Assembly (NCBI GenBank): GCA_964014485.1
Contig: CAXHAT010000053.1
Coordinates: 1-41,870, forward strand
Reading direction: 5' to 3'
Length of the DNA: 41,870 bases
Source: an uncultured Deferribacteres bacterium
Lineage (GTDB): Bacteria; Zhuqueibacterota; Zhuqueibacteria; Zhuqueibacterales; Geothermadaptataceae
In this document: positions 18,051-27,901 of the stretch, piece by piece
Layout: each line of letters starts with the position of its first letter
Position numbering within the stretch: position 1 is the stretch's first letter
The notes under the pieces: generated by a model
Seen by the model: only the letters and a program-made list of their open reading frames with translations
The model's database searches: none
What the model was told of the DNA's origin: nothing
Made by a program: the position numbers and the translations under genes

Positions 18051-19517
18051 ATGACAGACGTTTCTCACTCTTTTTCTGAACTTGGTGATATGCCGCCCGA
18101 CGAATTTCGTCGTTACGGCTATGAAATGATCGATTGGATTGCCGATTTTTTTCAAAACATCGATGAAATCCCCGTGCTGCCAAACGTCCAGCCCGGAGAC
18201 GTTAAGAATCTGCTGCCCGACCAGGCGCCGCAGACCGGCGAGGCAATGTCCGCTATTTTCGAAGATATTGATAAAATCATCATGCCGGGCATGACGCACT
18301 GGAATCATCCGCGATTTATGGCCTATTTCGCCAACACAGGTTCCGCACCGGGCATTTTCGGCGAGATGTTGGCGACTGCGTTCAACATTAACGGCATGCT
18401 CTGGAAAAGCTGTCCGGCATCTACGGAACTGGAGCAAAAAACGCTCGACTGGCTGCGGGAGCTTTTGAATTTGCCGAAAGATTTTTGGGGCATTGTCTAC
18501 GACACGGCTTCCATTAGTACGCTGCACGCCATTACCGCAGCCCGTGAACAACAGGATGATCTCAAAATTCGCGAAAACGGTTTTGCCGATGCTCCCCGCA
18601 TGCGGCTTTATATGTCCGAGCACGGGCACAGCTCCATTGAAAAAGCGGTAATTACGCTGGGATTCGGTTTAAAAAGCGTGCGAAAAATTGCTGCAGACGC
18701 GAGTTATCGCATGAAGCCCAAAGCATTGCAAAATGCAATTGAAGAAGATTTGCAGAAAGGCCTCCGTCCGTTCTGCGTCGTTGCCACGGCGGGCACGACC
18801 TCCGTTGCCAGCGTTGATCCCGTCGATGAAATTGCTAGTATATGTGAAAAATACAATATTTGGCTGCACTGCGACGCGGCTTACGGCGGTTCTGCGGCGG
18901 TGGTCCCGGAACTGCAAACTTTGTTTTCCGGGTGGGAGCGTGCGGATTCCATCGTGGTCAATCCGCACAAATGGCTTTTCACCCCGATGGATTTCAGCGC
19001 GTTTTATACGCGTAAGCCACACATTCTCAAACGCGCATTCAGCCTGATTCCGGAATATCTCAAAACGCAGCACGATGATGATGTTGAAAATTTGATGGAC
19101 TACGGCGTGCAGCTTGGCCGAAGATTCCGCTCGCTCAAATTGTGGTTTGTGCTGCGCTACTACGGTCGCGAAGGGCTGATCCAACGAATTCGCAAGCACA
19201 TTGAATTGGCGGAAAAGTTTGCCGATTGGGTTAAAGAAAATGAATACTTCGAGCTCGCAGCGCCGCCGATGTTCAGCACCGTCGTTTTTCGCGCGCGTCC
19301 GTCACAAATCGTTGATGAAAAGCAGTTAAATCAACTCAACGAAAAACTTCTCGAAAGAATAAACGCCGCACGACGCTTTTTCCTTTCTCACACAAAATTG
19401 GGAGCACGGTTTGTCATTCGCTTGACCATCGGCAATATTCGGACTGATGAAAAGCATATTGGGGAAATCGAGCAATTGCTGCAAGATACGTTGAGACAAA
19501 TGCTCAAGGAGAATTAA
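18051..19517 (+). CDS. Group II PLP-dependent decarboxylase (aromatic-L-amino-acid decarboxylase-like)
   Basis: PGMTHWNHP, PASTELE, HSSIEKA, WLHCDAAY, NPHKW (PLP lysine), LGRRFRSLKLWFV. Confidence 0.93.
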   Translation: MTDVSHSFSELGDMPPDEFRRYGYEMIDWIADFFQNIDEIPVLPNVQPGDVKNLLPDQAPQTGEAMSAIFEDIDKIIMPGMTHWNHPRFMAYFANTGSAPGIFGEMLATAFNINGMLWKSCPASTELEQKTLDWLRELLNLPKDFWGIVYDTASISTLHAITAAREQQDDLKIRENGFADAPRMRLYMSEHGHSSIEKAVITLGFGLKSVRKIAADASYRMKPKALQNAIEEDLQKGLRPFCVVATAGTTSVASVDPVDEIASICEKYNIWLHCDAAYGGSAAVVPELQTLFSGWERADSIVVNPHKWLFTPMDFSAFYTRKPHILKRAFSLIPEYLKTQHDDDVENLMDYGVQLGRRFRSLKLWFVLRYYGREGLIQRIRKHIELAEKFADWVKENEYFELAAPPMFSTVVFRARPSQIVDEKQLNQLNEKLLERINAARRFFLSHTKLGARFVIRLTIGNIRTDEKHIGEIEQLLQDTLRQMLKEN

Positions 19518-19521
19518 AACT

Positions 19522-20082
19522 TTGAAACGCTGCGCTTGGGTTCCGGCGGGCGATGCGCTCTACGCCGAATATCACGACAAGGAATGGGGCGTTCCCGTCC
19601 ACGACAACCGTCTGCTTTTCGAAATGCTGATTTTGGAAGGCGCTCAGGCGGGGCTGAGTTGGAATACAATTCTCAAAAAACGCTCGCACTATCAGAAAGT
19701 CTACGATCAGTTCGACCCGGAAAAAATTGCGGCGTACGATCAAGCCAAAATCGATGCGCTGCTCGCCGATCCCGGCATCGTCCGCAATCGTTTGAAAGTT
19801 CACGCTTCCGTCCAAAATGCCAAGTGTTTCCTCGAGGTTCGCAAGGAGTTCGGCAGCTTCGACGCTTACATTTGGCAGTTCGTCGAGGGCAAGCCTATCG
19901 TGAATTCCTGGGAATCCTTGAAAGAACTGCCCGCCAAAACCGCCGAATCGGACACAATGAGCAAGGACTTAAAAAAGCGCGGCTTCAAATTTATTGGCTC
20001 GATAATCTGCTACGCGTTCATGCAAGCCGTCGGCATGGTCAACGATCACACTGTGGATTGTTTTCGTTATCACGAAGTTTAA
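19522..20082 (+). CDS. tag: DNA-3-methyladenine glycosylase I
   Basis: RCAW, YHDKEWG, LEGAQAGLSW, IVRNRLK, MQAVGMVNDHTVDC; TTG start. Confidence 0.95.
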   Translation: MKRCAWVPAGDALYAEYHDKEWGVPVHDNRLLFEMLILEGAQAGLSWNTILKKRSHYQKVYDQFDPEKIAAYDQAKIDALLADPGIVRNRLKVHASVQNAKCFLEVRKEFGSFDAYIWQFVEGKPIVNSWESLKELPAKTAESDTMSKDLKKRGFKFIGSIICYAFMQAVGMVNDHTVDCFRYHEV

Positions 20083-20255
20083 GGAATCGACGCGCACGCT
20101 TGCTTCTTTCTCTCCTCGTTTATTCAAGTCTAATGGCAAGAATCTATTTTGAATACAAGACAAAAAAGCGCTCTTTCCTGACAGCCTTCAGCGAGAAATC
20201 ACCATCTTTCAATAAATCAGCGGGTGCGCCCGCCCAGGTCTAAATCGGAGCAACC

Positions 20256-21134
20256 ATGAAACAACTCTACCTCATCGATGCAAGCGTTTACGTCTTCCGC
20301 GGCTATTTTTCGCTGCCCTCGTCTATGGTCGACAGCGAGGGCAATCCCGCCAATGCGGTCTACGGTTACGCCAATTTCCTTGCTCAATTCTTGACGCAAA
20401 ATAAAGCCGAATACGTTGCCGCAGCTTTTGACAAGAGTTTGACCACTTCATTTCGCAACGAATTTTATCCCGCATACAAACAAAATCGTGATTTACCGCC
20501 GCCTGAGCTTGAAGCCCAATTTGAATCGTGCATGGCAATCACTGAAGCGATGGGAATCACGAAGTACGTCGACAACGCGTATGAAGCAGACGATTTGATC
20601 GGCGCCGTTGCGACAAAAATGCGTCCGCAGGATTTTCAAATTATCATTCTCAGCAGCGACAAGGATTTGGCGCAACTGCTTGAAGGCGAGGATATTTTGT
20701 GGGACTACGCTAAAGACCGTAAGCTCGACCGCGAAGGCGTGCGGGAATTTTTTGGCGTTCCGCCCGAAGCTATCGTCGATTATCTTGCGCTTCTGGGCGA
20801 CAAAGTCGATAATATTCCGGGAGTAGCCGGGATCGGGAAAAAATCAGCGTCGATTTTGTTAAATGAACTCGGTTCGTTGGAAAACATCTATGCTGATTTA
20901 GGCAAAGTTGAGACGCTGAAAATTCGCGGCGTCAAGCGCGTGGTTGAAAATCTGAAGACGCATCGCGAGACGGCGTTTCTTTCGCAAAAGCTGGCGCAAA
21001 TCGCCCTCGACGCTCCGGCGGAATGTAGTGAAGACATCCTTTCCAGAAACGCCGTCGATCAAAATCGGCTCAACGAATTGTGTGAAAAGTTAAAATTCGG
21101 CGAGGGGATTCGCGGGCGTTTACTAAGCGCATAA
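20256..21134 (+). CDS. Stand-alone 5'-3' exonuclease / flap endonuclease
   Basis: LIDAS, FRNEFYPAYKQNR, YEADDLI, SSDKDLAQ, LLGDKVDNIPGVAGIGKK; no polymerase domain. Confidence 0.92.
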   Translation: MKQLYLIDASVYVFRGYFSLPSSMVDSEGNPANAVYGYANFLAQFLTQNKAEYVAAAFDKSLTTSFRNEFYPAYKQNRDLPPPELEAQFESCMAITEAMGITKYVDNAYEADDLIGAVATKMRPQDFQIIILSSDKDLAQLLEGEDILWDYAKDRKLDREGVREFFGVPPEAIVDYLALLGDKVDNIPGVAGIGKKSASILLNELGSLENIYADLGKVETLKIRGVKRVVENLKTHRETAFLSQKLAQIALDAPAECSEDILSRNAVDQNRLNELCEKLKFGEGIRGRLLSA

Positions 21135-21196
21135 ATATAGGGGCCGTCACAGCACGGCGTTTCATCCAAAGACATACAAATTGTCACAAAAGTAGT

Positions 21197-21670
21197 ATGA
21201 AAAAAGTTTTATTCGTTTGTTGGGGGAATATCTGCCGTTCGCCGAGCGCGGAGGCGGTTTTCAACGGACTTTTGCAGCGAAGCGGTATGACCGACACAAT
21301 CATTTGCGATTCCGCCGGAACCGGACACTGGCATGTGGGCGAAAACGCAGATCAACGTATGCAAAAGCACGCCGGACGGCGCGGATATGAGCTGACCAGC
21401 ATCGCCCGCCAATTTGATCCCAAGATCGATTTTGAAAAGTTTGACCTCATCATCGGCATGGATCAGAAAAATATGAACGATCTCGCTGATTTCGATCCAG
21501 ACGGGGTGTATCGAGACAAGCTTTTCCGAATGACAGAGTTTTGCGTCAACAAAACGGAGTCTGCGGTGCCTGACCCGTACTACGGCGGCGATCAAGGATT
21601 TGAACTTGTGCTCGATTTGCTCGAAGACGCTTGCGAAGGTCTGTTGGCGCAGTTGAAAGCAGATGGTTGA
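21197..21670 (+). CDS. Low molecular weight protein-tyrosine phosphatase
   Basis: VCWGNICRS P-loop, DSAGT, VPDPYYG. Confidence 0.95.
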   Translation: MKKVLFVCWGNICRSPSAEAVFNGLLQRSGMTDTIICDSAGTGHWHVGENADQRMQKHAGRRGYELTSIARQFDPKIDFEKFDLIIGMDQKNMNDLADFDPDGVYRDKLFRMTEFCVNKTESAVPDPYYGGDQGFELVLDLLEDACEGLLAQLKADG

Positions 21671-22529
21671 GCAAGCAATTGTCCGCAATATTGGAGATCG
21701 GTTGGACGACAAAATCATCGACGACGTTCCGCTTTCCGGCGGCTGCATTTCTGATGCTCGTAAACTCACTTTTGCTTCGGGAAAAATCGCCGTTCTCAAA
21801 AGCGGCGCCCAAAACGCCGACATGTTTAGCAAGGAAGCGAACGGGCTGGCGGAATTGGCGAAAGCTGACGCCCTTCGCATCCCTCGGGTTCTTCTTGCCG
21901 AAAAGCAATTTTTGCTTATTGAATATATTGAGCAGGGCCATAGGCCAAACGACTTTTTCGAAGATTTTGGCAGGAAATTCGCCGACCTGCACCGTTTTGC
22001 CGCCGATGCGTTTGGTTTTTATGAAAACAATTACATCGGTGCGACGCTACAGGAAAATCTTCCAAGCGGCGAAGAGTCTCAAAACTGGACGGCGTTTTAT
22101 CTCAACAAACGTCTTTTGTTCCAGCTTCAATTGGCTGAACAGCGCGGTTTTTCAACCCCGGAAATGCGGCGCGGTTTTCAGAATCTGGAGTCGCGCTTGG
22201 CGGAGATACTTTCCGGCGGCGAAGAACCGCCCGCCCTTTTGCACGGCGATCTTTGGAGCGGCAATTTTCTCGTCGACTCTGACGGCTCGCCCTGTTTAAT
22301 CGATCCTGCCGTTTATTACGGTCATCGCGAGGCTGATCTTGCGATGACAAAACTTTTTGGCGGTTTCGGCGCGGCTTTTTATGAAGCATACCAGGAGCGT
22401 TACCCGTTAACTCCGGGCTATGAATATCGCGAGGACGTTTACAAACTCTACCACGTGATGAATCATCTTAACTTGTTTGGCGGCGGTTACTACTCGCAGG
22501 CTGTCGCTATTCTCAAAAAGTATTTTTAG
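21663..22529 (+). CDS. Fructosamine kinase family protein
   Basis: GGCIS, NYIGATLQEN, LLHGDLWSGN, IDPAVYYGHREADLAM; overlaps the LMW-PTP stop. Confidence 0.94.
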   Translation: MVEQAIVRNIGDRLDDKIIDDVPLSGGCISDARKLTFASGKIAVLKSGAQNADMFSKEANGLAELAKADALRIPRVLLAEKQFLLIEYIEQGHRPNDFFEDFGRKFADLHRFAADAFGFYENNYIGATLQENLPSGEESQNWTAFYLNKRLLFQLQLAEQRGFSTPEMRRGFQNLESRLAEILSGGEEPPALLHGDLWSGNFLVDSDGSPCLIDPAVYYGHREADLAMTKLFGGFGAAFYEAYQERYPLTPGYEYREDVYKLYHVMNHLNLFGGGYYSQAVAILKKYF

Positions 22530-22602
22530 TCCCTCCCGCAGCGGGGCGGTTTGTTACCTTGGTGCTTACCAACCGCGTTTGCGGTCTTGATCAGGGAATA
22601 AC

Positions 22603-22670
22603 TTCGGAGTCAAACGCTTCAGCGTTTGAGCGTAGTTTACCTCACTGGCGACGATGAGCCGCACTCCGAA
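22603..22670. repeat. REP-like nested palindrome (GGAGT...ACTCC type)
   Basis: TTCGGAGT pairs with ACTCCGAA; internal TCAAACGCT-TC-AGCGTTTGA hairpin; related sequence at 41548-41626. Confidence 0.55.
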
Positions 22671-22745
22671 AAAGAGTTACTCAGAAGCTCCCAGCTAGTC
22701 TAGCGCTGTCCTAAACATGGTTTTTGGATCATAGATATGGAATAG

Positions 22746-22773
22746 GTAGGGGTTCAAAATCTTGAACCCCTAC
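22746..22773. repeat. GTAG-type REP palindrome
   Basis: GTAGGGGTTCAA-AATC-TTGAACCCCTAC, a perfect 12-bp stem beginning with GTAG. Confidence 0.7.
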
Positions 22774-22938
22774 AATATATCGTGAAGCGCTTTACAAATA
22801 ATATGTTTGACGACCCAACACCGATAAAAATTTGCCGTAAAAAAAGCTTGGCAAAGCTATTCATTTTTATAACTTTGCATTGATTTAGTACAGCTATTCA
22901 CGAGTAAACATAAATACCGTAACACACGGAGAAATGTC

Positions 22939-23499
22939 ATGTTCGCCGTTTTTGAAAGGGTTAAAAACATTATTCTTACGCCCACGGTAGAAGCGCGCCC
23001 GTTGATGGAAGAAGAAGTTGATATTCGAGGCATATTCAGTAATTACTTGTTGTATGTCGCGGCGTTGCCGGCGCTTGGCCTGATCTTAAGCTTCGGCAGT
23101 TACTACGGCTTTTTCTTTCGGATGCGTTACGCGCTTGTCTCTTATGCCGCATTGCTCGCAACGTTTTACATCGGCGCCAAGATTATCGAACAGCTCTCTT
23201 CGCGCTTCGATGCAGTACCGAATTTTGAGAATTCTTTGAAAATGCTCGCTTACGCCGCAACCCCGTTCATGGTCGGCGGATTGTTCCAGTTTTTAGGCGG
23301 GCTTGGTTCTCTGTTGCTACTGGCCGGCGTGGTTTACAGCTTGTATTTGTTCTACACCGGTCTGCCGGTTTTTATGGCCACGCCGTCGGAGCGCGTCATT
23401 CCGTTTCTCGCCGTAGCCGTTGCGCTCAACGTCGTTGTTTACATGGTCTTGTTGTGGGTTCTCCTGCCAATATTTGGCCTGCGAATGGTGAGTTGGTAA
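22939..23499 (+). CDS. Yip1 family membrane protein
   Basis: RVKNIILTP start, LAYAATP, YSLYLFYTGLPVFM; 5 TM segments. Confidence 0.85.
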   Translation: MFAVFERVKNIILTPTVEARPLMEEEVDIRGIFSNYLLYVAALPALGLILSFGSYYGFFFRMRYALVSYAALLATFYIGAKIIEQLSSRFDAVPNFENSLKMLAYAATPFMVGGLFQFLGGLGSLLLLAGVVYSLYLFYTGLPVFMATPSERVIPFLAVAVALNVVVYMVLLWVLLPIFGLRMVSW

Positions 23500-23501
23500 T
23501 A

Positions 23502-23536
23502 AAAAAGGCCGCTATTTTGAAAGTAGCGGCCTTTTT
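23502..23536. terminator. Bidirectional intrinsic terminator
   Basis: AAAAAGGCCGCTA / TAGCGGCCTTTTT stem with A and T tails, between convergent genes. Confidence 0.9.
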
Positions 23537-23563
23537 ATTTCAACTTTTTCGAAATGGTCAATC

Positions 23564-26500
23564 TTACCTTGCAAGTACAACTTTCGCCGTCAGCACCTGC
23601 CTTTTTCCAAAATTTCCTGCATAAACAAATTTGACGATGTACACGCCGTTGCTCGCCGTTTTGCCAAGCACGGAGTTGACGCCGTTCCAGTTGAGTGACG
23701 TGACGCCGGGACTTACGGCATTGTCTGCGATTCTTGCCACTTCCCTGCCCTGCAAATTGTAAACGACCGCCGAAAGGGAGCCCGACTCTGGAATCGTTAT
23801 GTCAAATCGGGTTTTCTCGGCAAACGGATTCGGATAGCTCGCCGAAAGGGCGAATTCAGCCGGGACTTTGAGATCATTCTCGTCCAGTCCGGTTGAAATA
23901 TCGGTTTGAAAAAACAGGATGCTCCCTTGGGCAAAATTGCCCGTCTCATCCCTTGAAACTGGGCGGTAGTAGTAAAAAGTGTTGGGCAGCAAGTTTTCTA
24001 ACGTAATAAAATGCTCAAAGCTCAATTGATCCGTTTCCGGCGTGACGCTGCCCAAGTTCGTGGACAGCCCCCATTCTAACTTTGATTTCGCAGGTTCATC
24101 TGTTCGCCATGTAATCGTCGCTTCATCTCCGGTGACGCTTTGCACAAAAACGGTGGTAATCTTTGGCGGTTCGCGATCGGCGCCGTCGTCGCCGGTTGTA
24201 AAAGCAATGTCGCCGCTGACGGTTTCCACGCCTTCTGCGTTGGCGCTTTTAACCCGGAAATGATAGGTTGAAAAGCCGTCCAGCCCGGAGAGCAGCAGCG
24301 AGTGCAGCGTTTTGAGCGTTTGATCGATGACTAAATTCCCGTAACTCGTCGTTTTCCCATACTCGATTGCTGAAGATGCTGAAACTTGCGTCTGCCACGA
24401 AATCTCAACCGATGTTCCGGAAAGCGTTTTGAGTTGGATATTGCTGATCGTCGGCGCAGGCAATTGCACGTCGTCTTTTTGCGTTGTAAATGTCTGAATG
24501 CCGGAATCCGACGTATTACCGACCGTATCGAAATTTTTGCCTCTAACAAAATATTGTCTCCCGCTTTGCAGACCGGTGATCGTGTAGCTATGGGCGGTTT
24601 TCAGGGTCGTTTTTTCTTCCAGCGTTACTCCCAAGCTTGTGCTCGGGCCGTAACTCATCTCCGAAAACGCCGGCTCGTTTGTCTGCCAGGAAACGCGCGC
24701 GCTCGATTTGGTCACTTCATCGATAACAAAATTCGAGATGATCGGGGCCGCGTTATCAATGGTCGTTGTGAAGCCGAAATCGAGACTCTTTGTCTCGTTA
24801 CCCGAAGGATCGGACGACTTTACACGAAAGTGGTACGAGGTACCCGCCGTTAAATTGTCCAGGGTAATGTTGTGATTTGTGATAAATTCAGCAGCGCTCA
24901 TTTCGCTGCCATAGGCTTCTGTTTGACCATACTCGACGACGGAATTTGCCGGTTCGTCGGTCTGCCAGGAAATGTTCGCCGTAACGGCTGTCACTGTTCC
25001 CAGACTAATATTTGAAATCGTCGGCGCAATGAAATCGGCTTCGGTTGTAAACGCGAACGTCCCCGCGACGGCTTCATTGCCGGATTCATCAGCGGAGCGC
25101 ACTTGATATTGATAAGTGGTGTTCAGAGCCAGATCGTTCAAGACAACCTGGTGTTGCAGAACGCTGGCCGTTACGTCCCCCGCTGTACTGCCGAACGCTG
25201 TGGTTGGCCCAAAATCGACGAGGGTATTCGATTTTTCATTGGTTTCCCAGCTAATGGTCGCCGAGGTTTTCGTAATACTCGTGACCTGAACGTTGCGAAT
25301 CGCCGGCGGCGTTATGTCCGCCAGCGTTGTAAAGACAAAATTGCCGCTGGCGCTGAAGTTGCCTGAAGCGTCTTTCGAACGCACGCGATAATTGTACGTT
25401 TTACCGGGGCTCAAATTAACCAAGACGATAGAATGGGATGTGAGCAAGGTTCCGTCGAAATCGGAGAGTTGTCCATAATTATTCGTCAACCCATACTCAA
25501 CCTGAGCATCCGCCGGTTCATCCGTATCCCAGGAAATCGTCGCGCTGTCTAGCTTGACCTGAGTGGCGGTCACGTTACTGATAAGCGGGCCGGTAAAATC
25601 CTGTTCCGTTTCGAGCACCTGATTTTCGCCGACGCCCGTATTGCCGTGTATGTCCGTCGATTTCACCCGAAAATGATAAACCGTCCCGGCCTTTAATCCG
25701 GTCAAAGTCACTGTGTGCGCGATGACAAGATCGATCAACACGCCGGAAGTTTGACCATACTCCGCCGTTTCCCCAAACTCCACCTCGGAATTTGCAAGTT
25801 CATTCGTTACCCAGGAAATTGTCGCGGTAGACTGCCCTTTGCTAACGACCGTAACGTCAGAAACAATAGGCGCTTCTAAGTCCGGGCTGGTGACAAAAAT
25901 GAGGTCTGCGCTGGACGCCAGGTTGCCCTTATCGTCCCGAGAAAAAATTCTATAATGATACGTCGTGTTCGGCTCAAGTCCGGCAATACTCACGCTATGA
26001 CTTTCGACTAAGTTGTTGTCCAGATCCGTGATTGAGCCATACTCCGCGGTCAAGCCATATTCCACCTGGCTGTCCGCGGGCTTATCCGTCGTCCAGGTAA
26101 TGTCCGCCGATGTTTGGGTAATATTGACCGCCGCAATATTTGAAAGAATCGGCGGCGTCAAATCAATCGCCGTTTCAAAAGTAAAATCTACACTAAAACC
26201 GGCGTTCCCGGCTCTATCCCTCGAAACGGCGCGAAAATGGTATGTTGTTGCGTCGGCAAGCCCGGTCAGTGTTGCAGAATGCTTTGTTGAGATATCCGAG
26301 TTGAGCGGCGTAATAAAACCGTATTGATCGGTCAATCCATACTCAACTTGAGAATCGCCAAGTTCATCAGTTTCCCAATCAACCTTCGCACTGTTTTGTG
26401 TGATATTGCTAACCGTCACGTTGGAAATCAGCGGCGGATTCTCGTCTTTATTTGTTCTGACATTGATTTTCAAGGTCGGATCGCCAAAAAATACGGCGGA

Positions 26501-27664
26501 GTAAAACCTTTGATCAACCTTCTTCGCTCCGGAACCGTCGTCCCATTCCGGGCAATAAGCCGTCGATTGATTTTTTCCGGCGATGAGATCAGCCAGGAAC
26601 TGGTTGACGTCTTTTTTGAACGCTTCACCAAAAGATTCTCCGGCAGCGAGATGAGCGTACATATAATCCCCGGTTATCGCCCGCTGTGTGGAAGCAAGCG
26701 CCGCCAAGCCGTAATCATTGCCAAAAACGAGATGACCGCTCAGATTGTCTTCTTGATCGAAGCGCCCTGTTTCGTCGCTGGCAAGGTGGTAAAACAACGT
26801 TTTAGGGTTGGCGCTGAACGCATCAAGAAAACTGAACTCACAGTCGCCGAGACATTCAGGCAGCGTTTCCGGCGTATGAATCGTGCTCCAGTAAGTGTTG
26901 TCAATCGTAGCGGGTTGAGGGTGAAGATGAAAAACATTGTGCCCTGCAGACGCGTTGATAACGGCAAAATCAAAGCCTTCGGGATCGTTCAGGAGCGTCG
27001 ATAGGAGCTCTGACGGCGGACTGCAACCAGGATCGTAAATGTCTTCGTAAATATCACCAAGACTTTGATAATTCGGCTGTAAAACATCATAAAACCTGAA
27101 TGAACGATACGGAGGCAACGGGTGGGTTCCTGCCCGATAGTTATGTATTTTGTTAAAATATTTTTGGAGCAAATCGACGGAATTGCCCGCTGTCGGCAGG
27201 TTTTCTGCGCGAATAAGCCCAATCCAAATATCCGCTTCATAATTTCCGAAGTGCGAGGTAAAAACATCATCGACGAGCCCTTCCCATGAACCGTCAATAT
27301 CCATATAATAAAGCGGAGTGAAAAAACTATGATGAAGCTCGCTGCTCAAATCAGCCTGTAAATTGAACTTGGCCATGGGAATTTCGCCGATGAGCACACC
27401 GCCGACAAGCCCGTTCTCTTGTTCATCTTGCAGAAGCGTCCGCACTTCTGCAGGATCAGTCCAGGTCCCGGTGGACAGCGAAACGGAATAGCCATCCGCT
27501 TCAAGATCGGCGATGTATTGCGATATTTCAGGGGTAAGGTTGTTATAAAGCGCTTGCTCGGCAATGACTTTAACCAAATTCTGCGCATTGGTATACCCGG
27601 CAAGAAGAAGTGAGAAGAAAAAAAGCGCGTGCAAAATGAGGAGATGTCGTTTGTTTTCGTCCAT
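23564..27664 (-). CDS. Large secreted protein: peptidase C25-like domain, 9 fibronectin type III-like repeats, T9SS-type sorting domain
   Basis: Signal peptide; GGVLIGEIP, YYMDIDG, ADIWIG, FFGDPTL; nine P.ISN....W.T.E...EYG...H...L..L...T.YHFRV repeats; SYPNPF C-terminus. Start taken at ATG 27664 (track 27694). Confidence 0.85.
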   Translation of the reverse strand: MDENKRHLLILHALFFFSLLLAGYTNAQNLVKVIAEQALYNNLTPEISQYIADLEADGYSVSLSTGTWTDPAEVRTLLQDEQENGLVGGVLIGEIPMAKFNLQADLSSELHHSFFTPLYYMDIDGSWEGLVDDVFTSHFGNYEADIWIGLIRAENLPTAGNSVDLLQKYFNKIHNYRAGTHPLPPYRSFRFYDVLQPNYQSLGDIYEDIYDPGCSPPSELLSTLLNDPEGFDFAVINASAGHNVFHLHPQPATIDNTYWSTIHTPETLPECLGDCEFSFLDAFSANPKTLFYHLASDETGRFDQEDNLSGHLVFGNDYGLAALASTQRAITGDYMYAHLAAGESFGEAFKKDVNQFLADLIAGKNQSTAYCPEWDDGSGAKKVDQRFYSAVFFGDPTLKINVRTNKDENPPLISNVTVSNITQNSAKVDWETDELGDSQVEYGLTDQYGFITPLNSDISTKHSATLTGLADATTYHFRAVSRDRAGNAGFSVDFTFETAIDLTPPILSNIAAVNITQTSADITWTTDKPADSQVEYGLTAEYGSITDLDNNLVESHSVSIAGLEPNTTYHYRIFSRDDKGNLASSADLIFVTSPDLEAPIVSDVTVVSKGQSTATISWVTNELANSEVEFGETAEYGQTSGVLIDLVIAHTVTLTGLKAGTVYHFRVKSTDIHGNTGVGENQVLETEQDFTGPLISNVTATQVKLDSATISWDTDEPADAQVEYGLTNNYGQLSDFDGTLLTSHSIVLVNLSPGKTYNYRVRSKDASGNFSASGNFVFTTLADITPPAIRNVQVTSITKTSATISWETNEKSNTLVDFGPTTAFGSTAGDVTASVLQHQVVLNDLALNTTYQYQVRSADESGNEAVAGTFAFTTEADFIAPTISNISLGTVTAVTANISWQTDEPANSVVEYGQTEAYGSEMSAAEFITNHNITLDNLTAGTSYHFRVKSSDPSGNETKSLDFGFTTTIDNAAPIISNFVIDEVTKSSARVSWQTNEPAFSEMSYGPSTSLGVTLEEKTTLKTAHSYTITGLQSGRQYFVRGKNFDTVGNTSDSGIQTFTTQKDDVQLPAPTISNIQLKTLSGTSVEISWQTQVSASSAIEYGKTTSYGNLVIDQTLKTLHSLLLSGLDGFSTYHFRVKSANAEGVETVSGDIAFTTGDDGADREPPKITTVFVQSVTGDEATITWRTDEPAKSKLEWGLSTNLGSVTPETDQLSFEHFITLENLLPNTFYYYRPVSRDETGNFAQGSILFFQTDISTGLDENDLKVPAEFALSASYPNPFAEKTRFDITIPESGSLSAVVYNLQGREVARIADNAVSPGVTSLNWNGVNSVLGKTASNGVYIVKFVYAGNFGKRQVLTAKVVLAR

Positions 27665-27901
27665 GGTGCTTGTCCCTAATGCTGCGTTTGACATCTTTAG
27701 AAGAATAACGGGCGCAGGAAAATACGCCTGTTCGAAGTTTTAGATTTTCATCGTTAAGTCAATTGGCAAATGGCGTTCCACTCACAATTCTGCTACAACA
27801 CGCCTGTTTTTGAGCAATCTTTACGGAGGCTGTCAAATGCGTTGAATCTCAGATTAGCTCACAGTGAAACTTTGTCTCAAAACAAAACGCTTCTATCGCA
27901 T

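Noticed and set aside
19536..20243. 235-aa alternative-frame ORF over tag, and other long shadow ORFs (21209-21880, 21631-22299, 26324-27004, 38814-39650)
   Set aside because: They overlap well-supported genes in other frames or strands and show no motifs.
23900..26440. Periodic repeats considered as a CRISPR array or DNA tandem repeat
   Set aside because: They are divergent protein-level FN3 repeats in one ORF, with no identical direct repeats or spacers and no cas genes.
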